Assembly: GCF_030684315.1 (NCBI RefSeq) | Contig: NC_081397.1 | Location: 10,378,421 to 10,442,420 of the forward strand | Source: Stegostoma tigrinum | Taxonomy: Eukaryota | DNA: 64,000 bases | Reading direction: 5' to 3' | Part shown: positions 24,210-36,843 of the stretch, one piece after another | How the letters are laid out: every line of letters starts with the position of its first letter | Numbering within the stretch: the stretch's first letter is position 1 | Position numbers and translations under genes: made by a program | The notes under the pieces: generated by a model | The model's input: only the letters and a program-made list of their open reading frames with translations | Database searches by the model: none | What the model was told of the DNA's origin: nothing

Positions 24210-24780
24210 GAAACTGACACGTACAGATTGATAACTACACCCACTTGTTCATATTGCAGAAACACACAAATGATGACAACACATTGACTACAATGTAAAG
24301 GTGTGACTGTAGTTATCAGTCTCTCTTGGTTTCTGCTAATGTCAGTCATGCATTCGCATTGCAGGAACTGTCAGGGAGAGATGAATAACTTCACCCTCAT
24401 TCTCAAAGCTAAAACGGACATACACAATGATAACTACACTCCCAGTTTCACAGCGCATAAACTGACAAGTATAGTCTGTTAACTAGACTCTCCTATTTAC
24501 AGAGCAGAATCTCACAGGTACATGTTGGGAACAGCACTCACACATTCACCAAGCAGGAACTGACAGGTGTACTTCGATAAGTACATTTACACACTGACAA
24601 GGCAGAAACGGAGAGGCATAGACTGGGAACTCATATTCACACAACAGAAACTGACAGATACAGATTAATGTTGTCACTCTCAATTCTCAGAGCAAAAACT
24701 AACAGATACAGGCTGGTAAATATAGTCATACATTTACATATGAGAAACTGACAAGTATATGTAGATAAATATATTGATTA
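24210..24780 (+). repeat. Degenerate ~49-bp tandem repeat array 3
   Basis: Same AAACTGACAG..GATAACTACACTC units, with one inverted unit at ~24298-24350. Confidence 0.8.
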
Positions 24781-24799
24781 TAGAAATGATTTGGAGTTG

Positions 24800-25640
24800 G
24801 GTATTGAGGATAAAATCTCTGAATGCGCAGGTGATACTAAGCCAGGGAGAAGAGTGAATTGTGCGGATGATACTGAATGACTTCACAGGGACATTGACAA
24901 GTTGGCCAAATGGGCAGAGACCTGGCAGATAAATTTCAATGCAGAAAAATATGAGCTCGTGCATTTTGCGAATAAAGACACAGAGAAACAATACAAGCTT
25001 AAGGGTACAGCTTTGAGGGGAGTATTGGAGCAGAGAGATCTTGGGGTTCATGTGCATTATTCTCTAAAGGTGGCCAGGCAAGTTGAAACAGTTGTGAAGC
25101 AGGTTCAAAGGATCTTTGAGTTTAAAAATAGAGGCATTGAGTCTCAAAGGAAGGATGTAATGCTACGCCTCTACAAATCATTGCTAAGACCACATTGCTC
25201 AGACTAGATTTGTGTTCAGTTCTGGACACCTTATTGAAGGAAGAAGCCTCTGGGGAGGGTTCAAAGAAGATTACTAGAATGATAGCAGGATTTTACTGAC
25301 AAGGAAAGATTAATGAAATCAGGCTTATTCCCCTTGGAGCAGAGAAGAATAAAAGGAAACCTTATGGAGGTGTTCACAATTGTGAAGAATTTTGACAGAG
25401 TGAAGTTCAATACTCTATTTACACTATGTCAGTAACCAGGGGTCACAGTTTCAAGATTGTCACCAAGACAGCTAGGAGTGAGATGAGGAGAAACATCTTT
25501 ACTCGGAGCATTGTTAGGATTTAGAATGCGCTGCCTGGGAGAGTGGTGAAGGTGGATTCCATGTGAGGTATGAAAAGAGAGCTGGATATATATTTGAAAA
25601 TGATGAAGTTTAGAGGGTAACGTAGATGGGGCTGGAGAAC
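24800..25640 (+). mobile_element. CR1-type LINE 3' fragment (degraded)
   Basis: KWAETWQINFNAEKY..EQRDLGVHVHYSLKV..LYKSLLRPH. Confidence 0.88.
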
Positions 25641-26055
25641 AATCCTGCCTAGAATTATTTCCAGCTCACCACAATTATAAAATAAATGCAGAGCAGATTC
25701 AGTTCTTTATGTCATCTGTCCTGACCCACTAACCAGGAGATTAAATCGATATTCAAGTTAGGAATGGACAGCACAAAATGTCAAACCCCTGCGATCATGG
25801 ATCAGATCATGTTACAGCAGAAGAAATTGGCCCACTCAGAGTTATGTGAGAGACAGTTATTCCGATGGCTTCTCAAGGCAAATTCATGTTTGGAGTTGAT
25901 GTCTGGCTGAGTGAATGGGAACAAAGCTTAGCCATTTCTCAGCTGCAGAAACTTGACGCTCCTCTGTCCTCTCTTCCTTCTCCCCCTTATTTTCTGGAAG
26001 GAACAATTACTATCCATCAATTTGTGAGGCATTGAAGGGATTCTTCTGTGCTGTC

Positions 26056-26187
26056 TCACAATGTCCGTGGAAGATTGACAGAAACATTTCCCTCTTCACC
26101 TTGACCTGGTTCCTCATCCCCTCGCATATCTGTGTGCCTCAGGGTGGTGTATGTGATGCAGGATGGTTGCTGGTCTGCTTGCTCAGC
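26056..26187 (-). CDS. ITIM-bearing terminal exon paralogous to 42820-42939 (alternative last exon or relic of a paralog)
   Basis: TATTTTCAG acceptor, phase 0. AEQADQQPSCITYTTLRHTDMRGDEEPGQGEEGNVSVNLPRTL* aligns with DAKPDPNDSCITYATL...DGNVYENIPHK*. Confidence 0.65.
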   Translation of the reverse strand, partial: AEQADQQPSCITYTTLRHTDMRGDEEPGQGEEGNVSVNLPRTL

Positions 26188-26244
26188 CTGAAAATAGGAC
26201 AATACAGAAACATAGTAAATGAGGAGCAGGAGCAAAATCGGTGG

Positions 26245-27900
26245 CCTCATGGACAGTGAAGGTGGTTATCTCAGAGTACAACGGGAACTTGATCAACTGG
26301 GCCAATGGGCCGAGGACTGGCAGGTAGAGTTTAATTTAGACAAATATAGAGATGTTGCATCTTTGCTGAGGCAAACCAGGGCAGGTTAATGGTAGGGCCC
26401 TGCGGAGTGTTGTCAAACAGAGGTATTGAGGGGTGCAGGCACATAGTTCCATAAAGTTCCATAGTTCCATAAAGTTCCGTAAAGCGGACGGCAAGTTTGG
26501 AACAGTTGCCTTCATCAGTTCCAACACTGAATGTAGGAGTTGGGATGTTATGATGTGGCTGTACAAGACATTTTGCCCCTAAGAACTCCATGCAACTAAT
26601 TGAACAACATTCACTGCTCTGGTCCCGACTACATTCTGTGACAGAGAATCCCATTGGCTCCCCACCCTCTAGGTGAAGACATTTCTCCCCACCCTCAGCC
26701 CTTCCCCATCTCCTTTAGACTGTGACCCCCTGAGTGTGGACTCACGTGCCCTCAGCCCCCACTCCAGCCATCAGCAACATCTGTGTTTACCCCTATTAAG
26801 TCCCATTGAAGTTTCACAGGTTTCTATGAGATCGACCCTCAATCTTCTAAACTCCAGTGAATATAATCCTCACCAATCTAGTCTTTGCTTGTCCATCAGA
26901 CCTGCCATCCCAGGATTCAGTTTGGGAAACTTCAGCTGCACTCCCTCCATAGCCAGTACATCCTTCCACAGAGACGGAGACCCCAGACTGCAGACGCAAT
27001 ACAGCAGAAGTGGTCTCTCCCTGTACAATTGCAGCAAGACAGCCTTGCTCCTGGACTGGAACCTTCTCACTATGAAGGCCAACATCCCATTTCCCTTCTT
27101 CACCATCTGCTGCTCCTGTAATGCTCACTGTCAGTGACTGGTGTATGAGGTACATCCAGGTCTTGGAGCACCCCGACATCCCAATCCGGCGGATAAAAAC
27201 CCGGTTTCCTGGTTTTGCACCCAAAGCAGATCATGTCACTCTGATCTACATTAAACTGTTTCAATCATCTCAGTGTTGAGTCTACAAACTGGACATTCGG
27301 AGGGGGTGGGTGGTGAACGTGGGGATATGGAGGGAGTGGATGGTGAGAATAACAAACTTTATCTGGAAGACACTGAGAGTGTATGGCATGAGCTGTGAAC
27401 ATCTGGGGTTGTTACACAGACCAGTTCCTCTTAGAAAAGCACACAGTTGGAACAAAGTTGAAACGGATTATGACGAATGTTATTTCTCTGTACTCTGAAC
27501 AGGATGTGGCAAGTGGATGCCAATCTCAAAATATCCTTCAATGGATCAACGTGCTCGGCCTGAAGGCAATGAGGAGTTTGCAAAGGGTTCGGAGTCACGT
27601 GCAGAGCAGATCAGGTGAGAATGGCAGATTTTGCTCCCATAAGAACCATCAGAGACAAAAATGGGAGTAGGCCATTCGGCCCCTCGATCCTGCTCCACTA
27701 TTCAATAGGACTGTGGCTGATCCAACATTCCTCATGTCCACTTTCCTGCCCTTCCCTTTGATTCCCCAATTGATCAAGAATCTGTCAATCTCAGCCTTAA
27801 ATCTGCCTTCCCCCTGCTGCCACAAATACACACAGCTCCCTGTAGCATGGAGTTCCAAAGTCTCTTATCTCTCTGAGAGAAGAAATAACTTCTCATGTCA
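26245..27900. mobile_element. Mosaic of degraded CR1 fragments
   Basis: e.g. VKKGNGMLAFIVRRFQSRSK..LQLY (26870-27106) and RSYFFSQR..LWNS (27774-28016). Confidence 0.7.
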
Positions 27901-28164
27901 GTCTTCACTAGTGAACCAGATTGTTCTTTGCTTCTTACCATGGTCATCATTAGAGTCTTAACTCCAGATCTGTTTTGTTCAAAGTAGAAGTCAAAATCCA
28001 CCGCATGCCACAGCAAGATTTAAATTCAAGTCCTCACAGTATATCCCAGCCATCTGACAGAATAGGATATTGCCTCCCCATTATTTCAGAAATTGCAAAT
28101 GAATCATATCAAAGTGCGGTGTTCAGGTCAGTATAATTTGCCCCACACCATTGAGCCAAACATC

Positions 28165-28446
28165 GACAGCAGTGGAATCCCTCCATTGGAGAAGTAGGCC
28201 ATTCAGCCCATTGAGTGCATAGCAACCCTCTGAACAGCATCCCACACAGACCCACTCCTCGAACCCGTTCACTTCCCATGGTTAATCTCCCTAATCTACC
28301 CACCCCTGGACACTCTGAGCAATTTAGCATGACCAATCCACCGAACCTGCACACCTTTAGACAATGGGAGAAGACTGGAGCACCCGGTGGAAACCACACA
28401 CACAATATGAGGCAGCAGTGCTAACCACTGAGCCACCGTGCTGCCC
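28165..28446 (-). mobile_element. tRNA-derived SINE (shark HE1-like)
   Basis: Minus-strand head GGGCAGCACGGTGGCTCAGTGGTTAGCACTGCTGCCTCA (A box) and a CR1-like 3' tail (GGGCTGAATGGCCT). Confidence 0.8.
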
Positions 28447-28610
28447 AGTGTTTTTGCCGTGTCGGGCTTGCTTAGCTCAGTTGACTGTCTGGTCGTGCTG
28501 AAAGCGTGTGGTTCAGTTTCTGCACTGGTTGAGTTTGCTGGGAATGATCGTCGCCCTTTGCCTTAGATGTGGTGACCCTCAGGTTAAACAGTAAAACACT
28601 TGTTGCTGTT

Positions 28611-29188
28611 GTGTCCCTCTCTCCGTCCCTCTCTCTGTCCCTCTCTCTGTCCCTCTCTCTGTCCCTCTCTCTGTCCCTCTTTCTCTGTCCCTCTTTCTCT
28701 GTCCCTCTTTCTCTGTCCCTCTCTCTCTGTCCCTCTTTCTCTGTCCCTCTTTCTCTGTCCCTCTCTCTGTCCCTCTCTCTCTGTCCCTCTCTCTCTGTCC
28801 CTCTCTCTCTGTCCCTCTCTCTCTGTCCCTCTTTCTCTGTCCCTCTCTCTGTCCCTCTCTCTGTCCCTCTTTCTCTGTCCCTCTCTCTGTCCCTCTCTCT
28901 CTGTCCCTCTCTCTCTGTCCCTCTTTCTCTGTCCCTCTTTCTCTGTCCCTCTTTCTCTGTCCCTCTCTCTGTCCCTCTCTCTCTGTCCCTCTCTCTCTGT
29001 CCCTCTCTCTCTGTCCCTCTCTCTCTGTCCCTCTCTCTCTGTCCCTCTCTCTCTGTCCCTCTCTCTCTGTCCCTCTTTCTCTGTCCCTCTTTCTCTGTCC
29101 CTCTTTCTCTGTCCCTCTTTCTCTGTCCCTCTCTCTGTCCCTCTTTCTCTGTCCCTCTCTCTCTCCCTCTCCCTGTCTCTCTCTCTCT
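28611..29188. repeat. Compound polypyrimidine minisatellite, (CT)nGTCC units of about 10-14 bp
   Basis: About 580 bp of CTCTCTGTCC/CTCTTTCTCTGTCC; it generates four spurious ORFs. Confidence 0.97.
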
Positions 29189-29369
29189 GCAAGGAGACAA
29201 CGGTGACTCTACATGAACCACCTGCTAAAAACATAACTTTGCTGATTAAAAATTAACTGCCAGCTTTTTCACTACAAAATAACTTACATGTTTCCCGCCT
29301 GATGCAACATCACAGTGAGCTGTAAATAAAAGAAAAGACACTTTATTGACAGAATGTATCTAAATGCAC

Positions 29370-31330
29370 GGGGAGAGGGTGTAGAGGCAGCTTCACCAGG
29401 ATGTTGCTTTCGACACTGGAGAGTGCCAGTGATGGAGAGAGATTGGACAGACTGGGGTTCTTATCGTCAGAGCAGAGGAGATTGAGATGCTGGACACGAT
29501 TGGGATGTATCAAATGATGAGGGACCATAGATTGGGTGAGCAGGAAGAAACGTTTCCTCCTTGATGGAGGGACCAATGAGGTACAACGTTTTCACCCAGA
29601 GGCTGGTGGGGAACCTGGAAATCGCTACCTGCGAAGGTGGGAGAGGGAGAAACCCTCATCACATTGAAGATGGATTTTGATGTGCACCTGGGATGCCAAG
29701 GCAATGGGCTGAGTGCTGGGGAAATGGAATTAGAGAATGGTGAGGTGGTGTTTTTAACTGGCACAGGCTCGATGGGCCTTTTACTGGCGCTGGAGACCTC
29801 TCCGACACTGTGACTAGCTCACTTTGGGATGTGTGTTCTACATCCAGTATACTACTTAGATGTAACGCGATTTTGTCCATGTCAGTTTCTGAGGGAAGGG
29901 GGTTGTCTTATGAGGAGAGATTGAGCAGTTTCGGCCAATAATCTCTGGAGTTTAGAAGCATAAGAGAAGATCTAACTGAGGGATATAAGATGGAAAGGAG
30001 AAGGAAAGAGAATGATTGCTCATGTGGGACTATCTAGCACAAGAGTTCAACATTTCAGGAGAAGGTGGTGGTACAGATTGAAAACAGAGATAAAGAGGAA
30101 TGGCTTCTCTCCAAGGGAGAGAGGGATGTGAATCTGGGGAATTTGCTGTGCTGTGTGTACTGCTGTTCCCGAGTGTGTGGGGAATGTTGGGACACTGAAT
30201 AAGTTGGAGGAGGAGACAGACAGATTTGTAATCTATGATGGGGAATGGGAGTAGGGGCAGGAAACTGGATCTGAGGCCAAGATAGGATCAGCTGTGCCGT
30301 ATCAAATGGGGCCACAGGCACCCAAGAGGCTGAATGGTCTCCTCCTGCTCCTAGCCCTGAAGTTGTATTGGTCAATCAGTTGCCTGAGCGCATTTTAGTG
30401 TGGGTGGTACAGACAGTAGCAACAGAAAGCTCTTATTCTGAGGTGCTAAAGTGTGTAATCCATTACAGGTCACTCAGTAAGAGTCAATGTAAGATCCATA
30501 TGATAACAGCAAAATTAGGCTGTTTGGCCCATCGAGTCCGCTCTGCCATATGATTGTGGCCGAGAACCCCATTCTCCTGCCTTCTCCCCCTCGGCCTTGA
30601 TCTCTTTACCAATTAAGAACCTATCTATCACTGTCTTAAAGACATTCAATGAGTTCCGCAGATTCGCCACCCTCTGGCTGAAGAAGTTCCTGCTCATCTC
30701 AGTTCGAAAAGATCATCCCTTCATGCTAAGGCTGTGCCCATCATGTCATGGTCTCTATCCAGGCCTCTCAGTATTCTGTAAGTTTGAATCGGATTCTCCC
30801 TCATCCTTCTAAGCTCCACTGAGCACAGACACACAGTCCTCCCCACTCCTCATTAGACAAGCCCTTCATTCCTGGGATCTTGTAAATCTCCTGTGGACCC
30901 CCATCCAAGGCCAGCACATCCTTCCTGAAATACAGGGCCCAAAGCTGCTCACAATATTCCAAATACGATCTGACCAGAGCCTTATACAGCTTCAGCAGTA
31001 CATCTGTTCTTGTATTCTAGCCCTCTTGAAATGAACTGCCGAATGAACTTGCATGTTAACCTGAAGAGAATCCTGAAGTAAGGCTTTAGATTTCCGAAGA
31101 CTTCCCCCTTTGAAAAATGGTCGATGCCTCTATTCCCACCAAAGTGCATAGCCTCACACTTTTCCCCATTGTATTCCATATGCTATATCTTTGCCCTCTC
31201 TCCGAGCCTGTTCAATTCCTTCGGCAGCCTCTCTGCTTCCTCACCATTACCTGTCCCTCCACCAAACTTCCGGTCACCACAGAAACAGGAAATGACAATG
31301 CTCCTCGTATGAACAATGCTGGACCCAGAG
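29370..31330. mobile_element. Degraded CR1 fragments (plus 29370-30360; minus 30500-31330)
   Basis: SRNFFSQRVANL and MEYNGEKCEAMHFGG; CR1 3' tails. Confidence 0.7.
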
Positions 31331-31469
31331 CGAATATCTCCTTGCCCCAGAGACCCAGGCCAGAAGGGACCGCACTCAGACATGAAGCAGTTGTAATGCG
31401 GTAACAAACAGATTGATGTTCCAGTGCCCAAACTTTCGGTGTCTCCTTGAAACAAAATGAACAATATAG

Positions 31470-31915
31470 CAGTTAGCTCTCAGTGTACATTTCCCTCTTC
31501 CAATTCAATTCAATGACTGCTGCTTGGAATTCCCGTGTGTGTCTATGTTTGGCTTGGACTACTATGGTTACCGTGTCCCAATTAAACTGATGGCCTTCAC
31601 TGTCAGTGTACCAATATTAAGAAGAGTTTATTGTGCCATTTTGCTGCTAGCAGATGTTCATGTGTCCTGATGGCTAGTTTCCTTCCTGTCTGTCTAAGAT
31701 AATGGTTTCAGCAGTTGTTGCTTGGTATTTTGTCGACCACATTGGTTTTGCATGTTGTGAGAATGCGGTCTTTCATCCTTTTGAGTGTTTATCATAAAGT
31801 GGCTGTGGGCTTGTGTGCTCCCCTGATTCCTAGTGGTCTTAGGAGACTTCTTGTCTGTTCTGATATGTTCTTGATGTAGGGAATGTGGTCAGTGTGTTAG
31901 GGCGTACTATGTCCT
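31470..31915 (-). mobile_element. Degraded Poseidon-type PLE fragment
   Basis: Nucleotide similarity to 1790-2090 (GAATTCCCGTG..TGTTTGGC..TGTCCCAATTAAACTGATG..TGATGGCTAGTTTCCTTCCTGTCTG). Confidence 0.6.
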
Positions 31916-31919
31916 CCTG

Positions 31920-32215
31920 TTGTCCGAAATAAATGTTGACTCCCGGGGCAACTCCATCCTGACTGTATACCACTGTGCCACCACCTCTGCAGGGTCTGTC
32001 CTGCTGGTGGGACATGACATCTCCAGGGATGGTGATGGTGGTGTCTGGGACATTGTCTGTAAGGTATGATTCTGAGTATAATGCTGACTCTCCGGATTTT
32101 GACACGAGCCCCCACATGTTAGGAAGCAGGACGTGGCAGGGCTGACAGGGCTGTTTCAGGTCTGTTGTCTTTTCCGGTGCCTAGGTCGATGCTGGGTGAT
32201 CCATCCCATTTCATT
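31920..32215 (-). mobile_element. LINE apurinic-type endonuclease N-terminal fragment
   Basis: ORF 31839-32117: SESYLTDNVPDTTITIPG..SHQQDRPCRGGGTVVYS. Confidence 0.7.
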
Positions 32216-33084
32216 TCATTATTCAGAACTTGTCGCGATGAATACGACTGAATGGCTTGCTCTTTCATTTCAAAGGGTCAACCCTGATTACAGGTCACTG
32301 GACTTGAAACATTAACTTTGTTTCTCTCTCTCCACAGATGCTGCCAGACCTGCTGAGTTTCACCAGAACTTTGTGTTTCTCACCTGCAACATTAAGTTTG
32401 TTCCTCTTTCTCTCCCTCTCCATAATCCGGCTAAGATTTTGAAATTTGCCATTCTTGCTGTCTTCTCCTGATTGATGCAAGATGAAAAGCTTCAAACAGA
32501 ATCTGTTCATTTTCCAGGTGCAGTCCTGCCAAGTGAATCTCGTCAAAGATTTCCAACTTCCCAAAGCATCGACTTAATGACCTAATCTTCTGGTGGCGGG
32601 GTGGGGTGGGAGGTTGACATTGGGGGTAGGTTTTATGGGGGTGAGCTGTCAACTTCAGAGAGATACATGATCGCTATAACGGTTTGTACAAAGTACAGCT
32701 TTCTGTCGATATTTACTGTTTAAAAAGCAATTGATGCATCAATTACAGATCATGGTCAATTCACCACAGTCTTACCAGATCATTAGAGCTGCTCTCCCGT
32801 TGGAGAGAGCGGATTGGATGGTGATGTAACCTGAGGGTCACTGCGCCTCAGGTGATGGAGGGATTCAAAAGGAGAGTCCTTCACGGTAACCCCATCCGGT
32901 GTATGAATTGAACCCACGCTGTTACCAATCTAATGCAAAGCAGCCATCGAGGAAAGCCCCCCCTCCCCCCAACCACATCCACTTCTGAGACAGGAAAAGT
33001 CGCTGATCTGGAAAGTGGTTGTAATTACAAAACAAATAGCCTTGCCCCTCTCCCCACCCCAACATCATTGGAGATAAAGAGCTT

Positions 33085-33718
33085 TGTAATGATACTGTAG
33101 CTTTAAGAGATTATTTTGTCCTGGTTTCTTTTGAGAGAGAGATTGAATGAGAGGTGTCGAGCTCGCTGGTGAAGACTGCTTGACTAAACAGCTTGAGTTT
33201 TATTTTGTCCAGGCTGAATGAGTGTGGCCAGCTCTCAGATCAGGATTTCTCGGTTTTGTTTCATTTCACGTGCACCTGAAGCTGTTGGGGTCTCAAATGC
33301 CTTTGAAGCTTCAGTGGATGTCTCCCGGCTCCTGCTGTCTCTGTATTTTCTGTTGACTCTTTATCCTCTTGGATTGGAGTTCTGCACGTGAGAATCTGTG
33401 TCTCAATTTTACATGTTTGTCAAGGAGTGTGTTTATGGGATGTTACTATTTTGAATCAGTTAATTAGCAATAGTTACTGTATCTACTGCTCTGTTACATT
33501 TCCAACAGAGTTAAGTTATTCTTAATTCTTCCTTCTTTTGTTGCATTTTAACTGTCGTGTTTAAATCCATTGTTTTGTTTAACATTAAGTTGTTTGCCCA
33601 ATTGCATTGCATCTGAAACAAGCACTTCACGTTCGCTTTTAAAAATAAAGTTAGGGTAGAGACTACCTTCTGAAAATATTTTGAGGGCGTCTGCCCTGGT
33701 CTAGTCTTGTCCATAACA
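33085..33718 (+). mobile_element. Probable solo LTR
   Basis: 634 bp with TG...CA termini and short inverted ends TGTAATG / CATAACA; AATAAA at ~33644. Flanking duplication is imperfect (GCTT vs GACT). Confidence 0.55.
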
Positions 33719-33984
33719 GACTGAATAATTCCAAAGATTTATCTTGGGAAGACAGACTGAGCAGTTTTGGCCGATACTCTCTGGACTTCAGAAGAATCAG
33801 AGGAGATCTAACTGAGGGATCCAAAATGCTGAAGTTGGGGGATTGAAAAAGGAGACGAAGAGAGGATGTTTCCTCATGTGGGAAAATCTAGAATGAGATG
33901 TCATCAAGTGAAGATAAGGGGTTGGGGCAGATTGAAAATGGACATGAGGAGGAATGGCTTTTCTCGAAGGTTGGGGAGAAGGGG

Positions 33985-34165
33985 CATGTCTAACCTGCAC
34001 ATCCATTGGAGCATACCAGGAAACAGGAGCACCTGGAGGAAACCCACACCAACACAGGAAAAATGTGCAAACTTCACACGGACAGTCACCTGAGGCTAAA
34101 ATCAAAGCTGGATCCCTCACACTGTGCAGCAGCTGCGCTAACCACTGAGCCACTATGTCACCCAT
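33985..34165 (-). mobile_element. tRNA-derived SINE (same family as 28165-28446)
   Basis: Minus strand GGTGACATAGTGGCTCAGTGGTTAGCGCAGCTGCT..GTGAAGTTTGCACATT..GGGTTTCCTCCAGGTGCTCC. Confidence 0.78.
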
Positions 34166-35424
34166 TGAGCCTGTTCCACCTTTCAGTCTGTTCCTTCACA
34201 CCATTAACTTGCCTTTAGCCCCCATCCCCTTATTACCTCAGCCAAACAAAAATCTGTCAGATTGGAAACTAACCACTGATCCAGCCACTGCTGTGTTTGT
34301 GGAAAAGAGATTTCAACCTCGATAACGCTTTGTATGTCATCATTTAATGGAACGTTTTCAGCCTAACTGTTGCGACGTACCATGGCCATCCAAATACGAA
34401 GCAGTTCTTCCTTTTTTTTAAACAGAATTTGCCTTACACCTGTGAATGCTCTCAGTTTCGATTATAAACTCTGGAAAATGCCCCCCACCCCCAACTCCCC
34501 CGATCATGTGTCATTTGCTTATGGAGAGAAATCTACTGGTTGAATTCCTGTAGCCACAGGTTTTGGGGCAGGCTTTTTGTTTGCCAAAGAGGTACATCAT
34601 GCTTTTTGCCCCAAGTTTGTACATTTGCTTTAGAAGTCCCGTAGCCAGTGGCAGGCAGCAGGGACTAACGTCCAACTGGAAAGCTGAGCCCAGAATATCA
34701 GGATGGAGCTGGGTAATACTTTGCGACAGAGAATAGAGGAGAAAGTGGGAGAAAGAAACAGAGTGGTGATAAGGGAGGGTCCTGGGAATGAAGCTTCATA
34801 GAATTGAGATGCCTGGTCAATTTGTTCATTTCGAAAGCTTGTGACATCTCACAAAAAAGTAATAGAGTCACAGAGTACAGAAACAGGCCCTTTGGCATAA
34901 CTTGTCCATGTCAACTGGGCTTCCCATAATAAACTAGTCTCATTGACCTGCAAATCCATTTTGTTCCCTGTCCAATTTAATAATATCTTTCCTTTTCCTA
35001 AGGTACCAGAATTATACACAGTAATCTAAAAGTGGCCAGACCAATGTCCTGTACAATGGCAACATGACGTCCCAAATCCTATTATCAATGGTCTGACTGA
35101 TGGATGCAAAAATGAAATCTGGATGGTGGCATGTGATCAGGAATGTAACTTTAATACAACAGAGTCTCACAGCACTGGAGAGTCTTTTTGATCCATCCAG
35201 ACTATACCGACTAACAATAAAGGATGTTCCCAGTCACGATGGGGCAGTCCAGAACCAGGGGGTGACGGTCTAAATGGGAAGCGTAGGACTGAGTTGAGGA
35301 AAAATGTCTTCACCCAGAAAGTGGGGAGCATGTGGGATTCTCTGCCACAGCAAGTGATTGGGCCCAAAACATTGAATGTGACTCCATCTCTCAGTCCTGT
35401 AATCATCTCTCTATATCTGTCTCT

Positions 35425-35467
<43 letters not shown>

Positions 35468-36816
35468 CTGTCATCATCCTTTTCTCTCCCTTCATCCTGC
35501 ACTCATCTGACTTTCTCTCCCTCACCCGACCCTCACTTCCAGAAATTTTAATTGCAGGCTCAAGCGCGCGAATCAGTTTGAATTATTTTAGCACCTCCTA
35601 ACAGCCCGGTCCTGGCATCTCAGTCGTATGTGAATAATCTGGGAGATAAATGCACACAATGTTTCATTTATATATACATATGTAACACCCACTGACAGAA
35701 AGTAAACATGGAAAACACCTTCACATGCATCGCACGGGTCCACATGTAAAGTCAACCTCTTTCTGTCTGGGAGGGGAAACACTTTGGGAATTCAATCAAT
35801 TTCACCTCTGACATTCCTGAAAAAGAAAATAAATAGGAGCAGAGAATGACGCCACTCGGTCCATCTCCCAGTGGTGTAATTTGTAATCTGTGACCATCCA
35901 TCTCCCTGAGAGCATTACAAACTAGTTTCTCCCCACCTCACAATTTTCTCCCTTTAACTGCAGCAAGTAAAAGGAACACATTAAACAGTTATACAGCAGA
36001 AACAGATCCTTCAGCCCAACCTGTCCATGCCAGCCAGGTTTTCTAATCTATCCTACTCCCATTTGCCTGCATTTGACCCATGTCCCTCTAAACCTTTCCT
36101 ATGCATGTCCCTGTTTAAATGCCTATTAAATGTGTAATCGTATCTACATCTACAACATCCTCTCCCAACTCATCCCATACACACACCACTCTCTGTGTGA
36201 AACAGTTGTCCATTAGGTCCCTTTTAGATCTCTCACCTTAAACCTACGCCGTTTAGTTTTGGACTCCCCCGCCCTGGGGAAACGACCTTGGCTATTCACC
36301 TTATCTCTGGCTTTCATGATTTTGTTGGCCTCTGTAAGATCACCCAGTTACCTCCACTCTCGGGGGAAAAAAGTCCCAGCCTAATTAGCCCCTCCCTACA
36401 ACTGAAACCCTCCATTCCCAGTAACATCCTTGTCAATCTTTCCAGTTTAATAATATCCTGTCCACTGCATTTAATGCATTTCTGTTTTGGTCATTTAAGG
36501 ATTTCTCATGATCAATCTTGCCAATGGATCCACCAAAGAGAATGAATTGCCTCCAGTTATCCCTTCCCTTTCGCTCCCATCAATAAGCTGGATAAACACG
36601 ACCGACTTGTGCACAGCCTTTCCAAATCGTACATGATCTCGAGAGACCGACTCCCCACCCCTGGGAGACAATCTAAAGGGAGAGATTAGGGTCCAGCTTC
36701 TGCAGATCAGTCTGCAGCTCTAAACCTTCTGGCACGGGGTCGGGGGGGAGGGGGGGGGAGCTCCAGTGGCTTCTGTGGATGAACTTGTGCTAGAGAGAAC
36801 AGAAAATGATACTTAC

Positions 36817-36843
36817 CACCCAGAGACAAGTCGAATGGACTGC
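36817..36843 (-). other. Isolated 27-nt candidate micro-exon (phase 1-1, GSPFDLSLG)
   Basis: Acceptor TTCCTTTTCTTGTGTGTTCCGGTTGCAG and consensus donor GTAAGT; same strand as the Ig receptor gene. Confidence 0.4.

Noticed and set aside
28408-28446. tRNA gene
   Set aside because: Only an A-box-like head with no complete cloverleaf, followed by SINE body and a LINE-like tail. The same applies at ~34130, ~43100 and ~46100.
28472-29256. Four long ORFs (215-249 aa) rich in ER/RD or SL
   Set aside because: They are translations of the (CT)nGTCC repeat, which cannot contain stop codons; there is no gene context.
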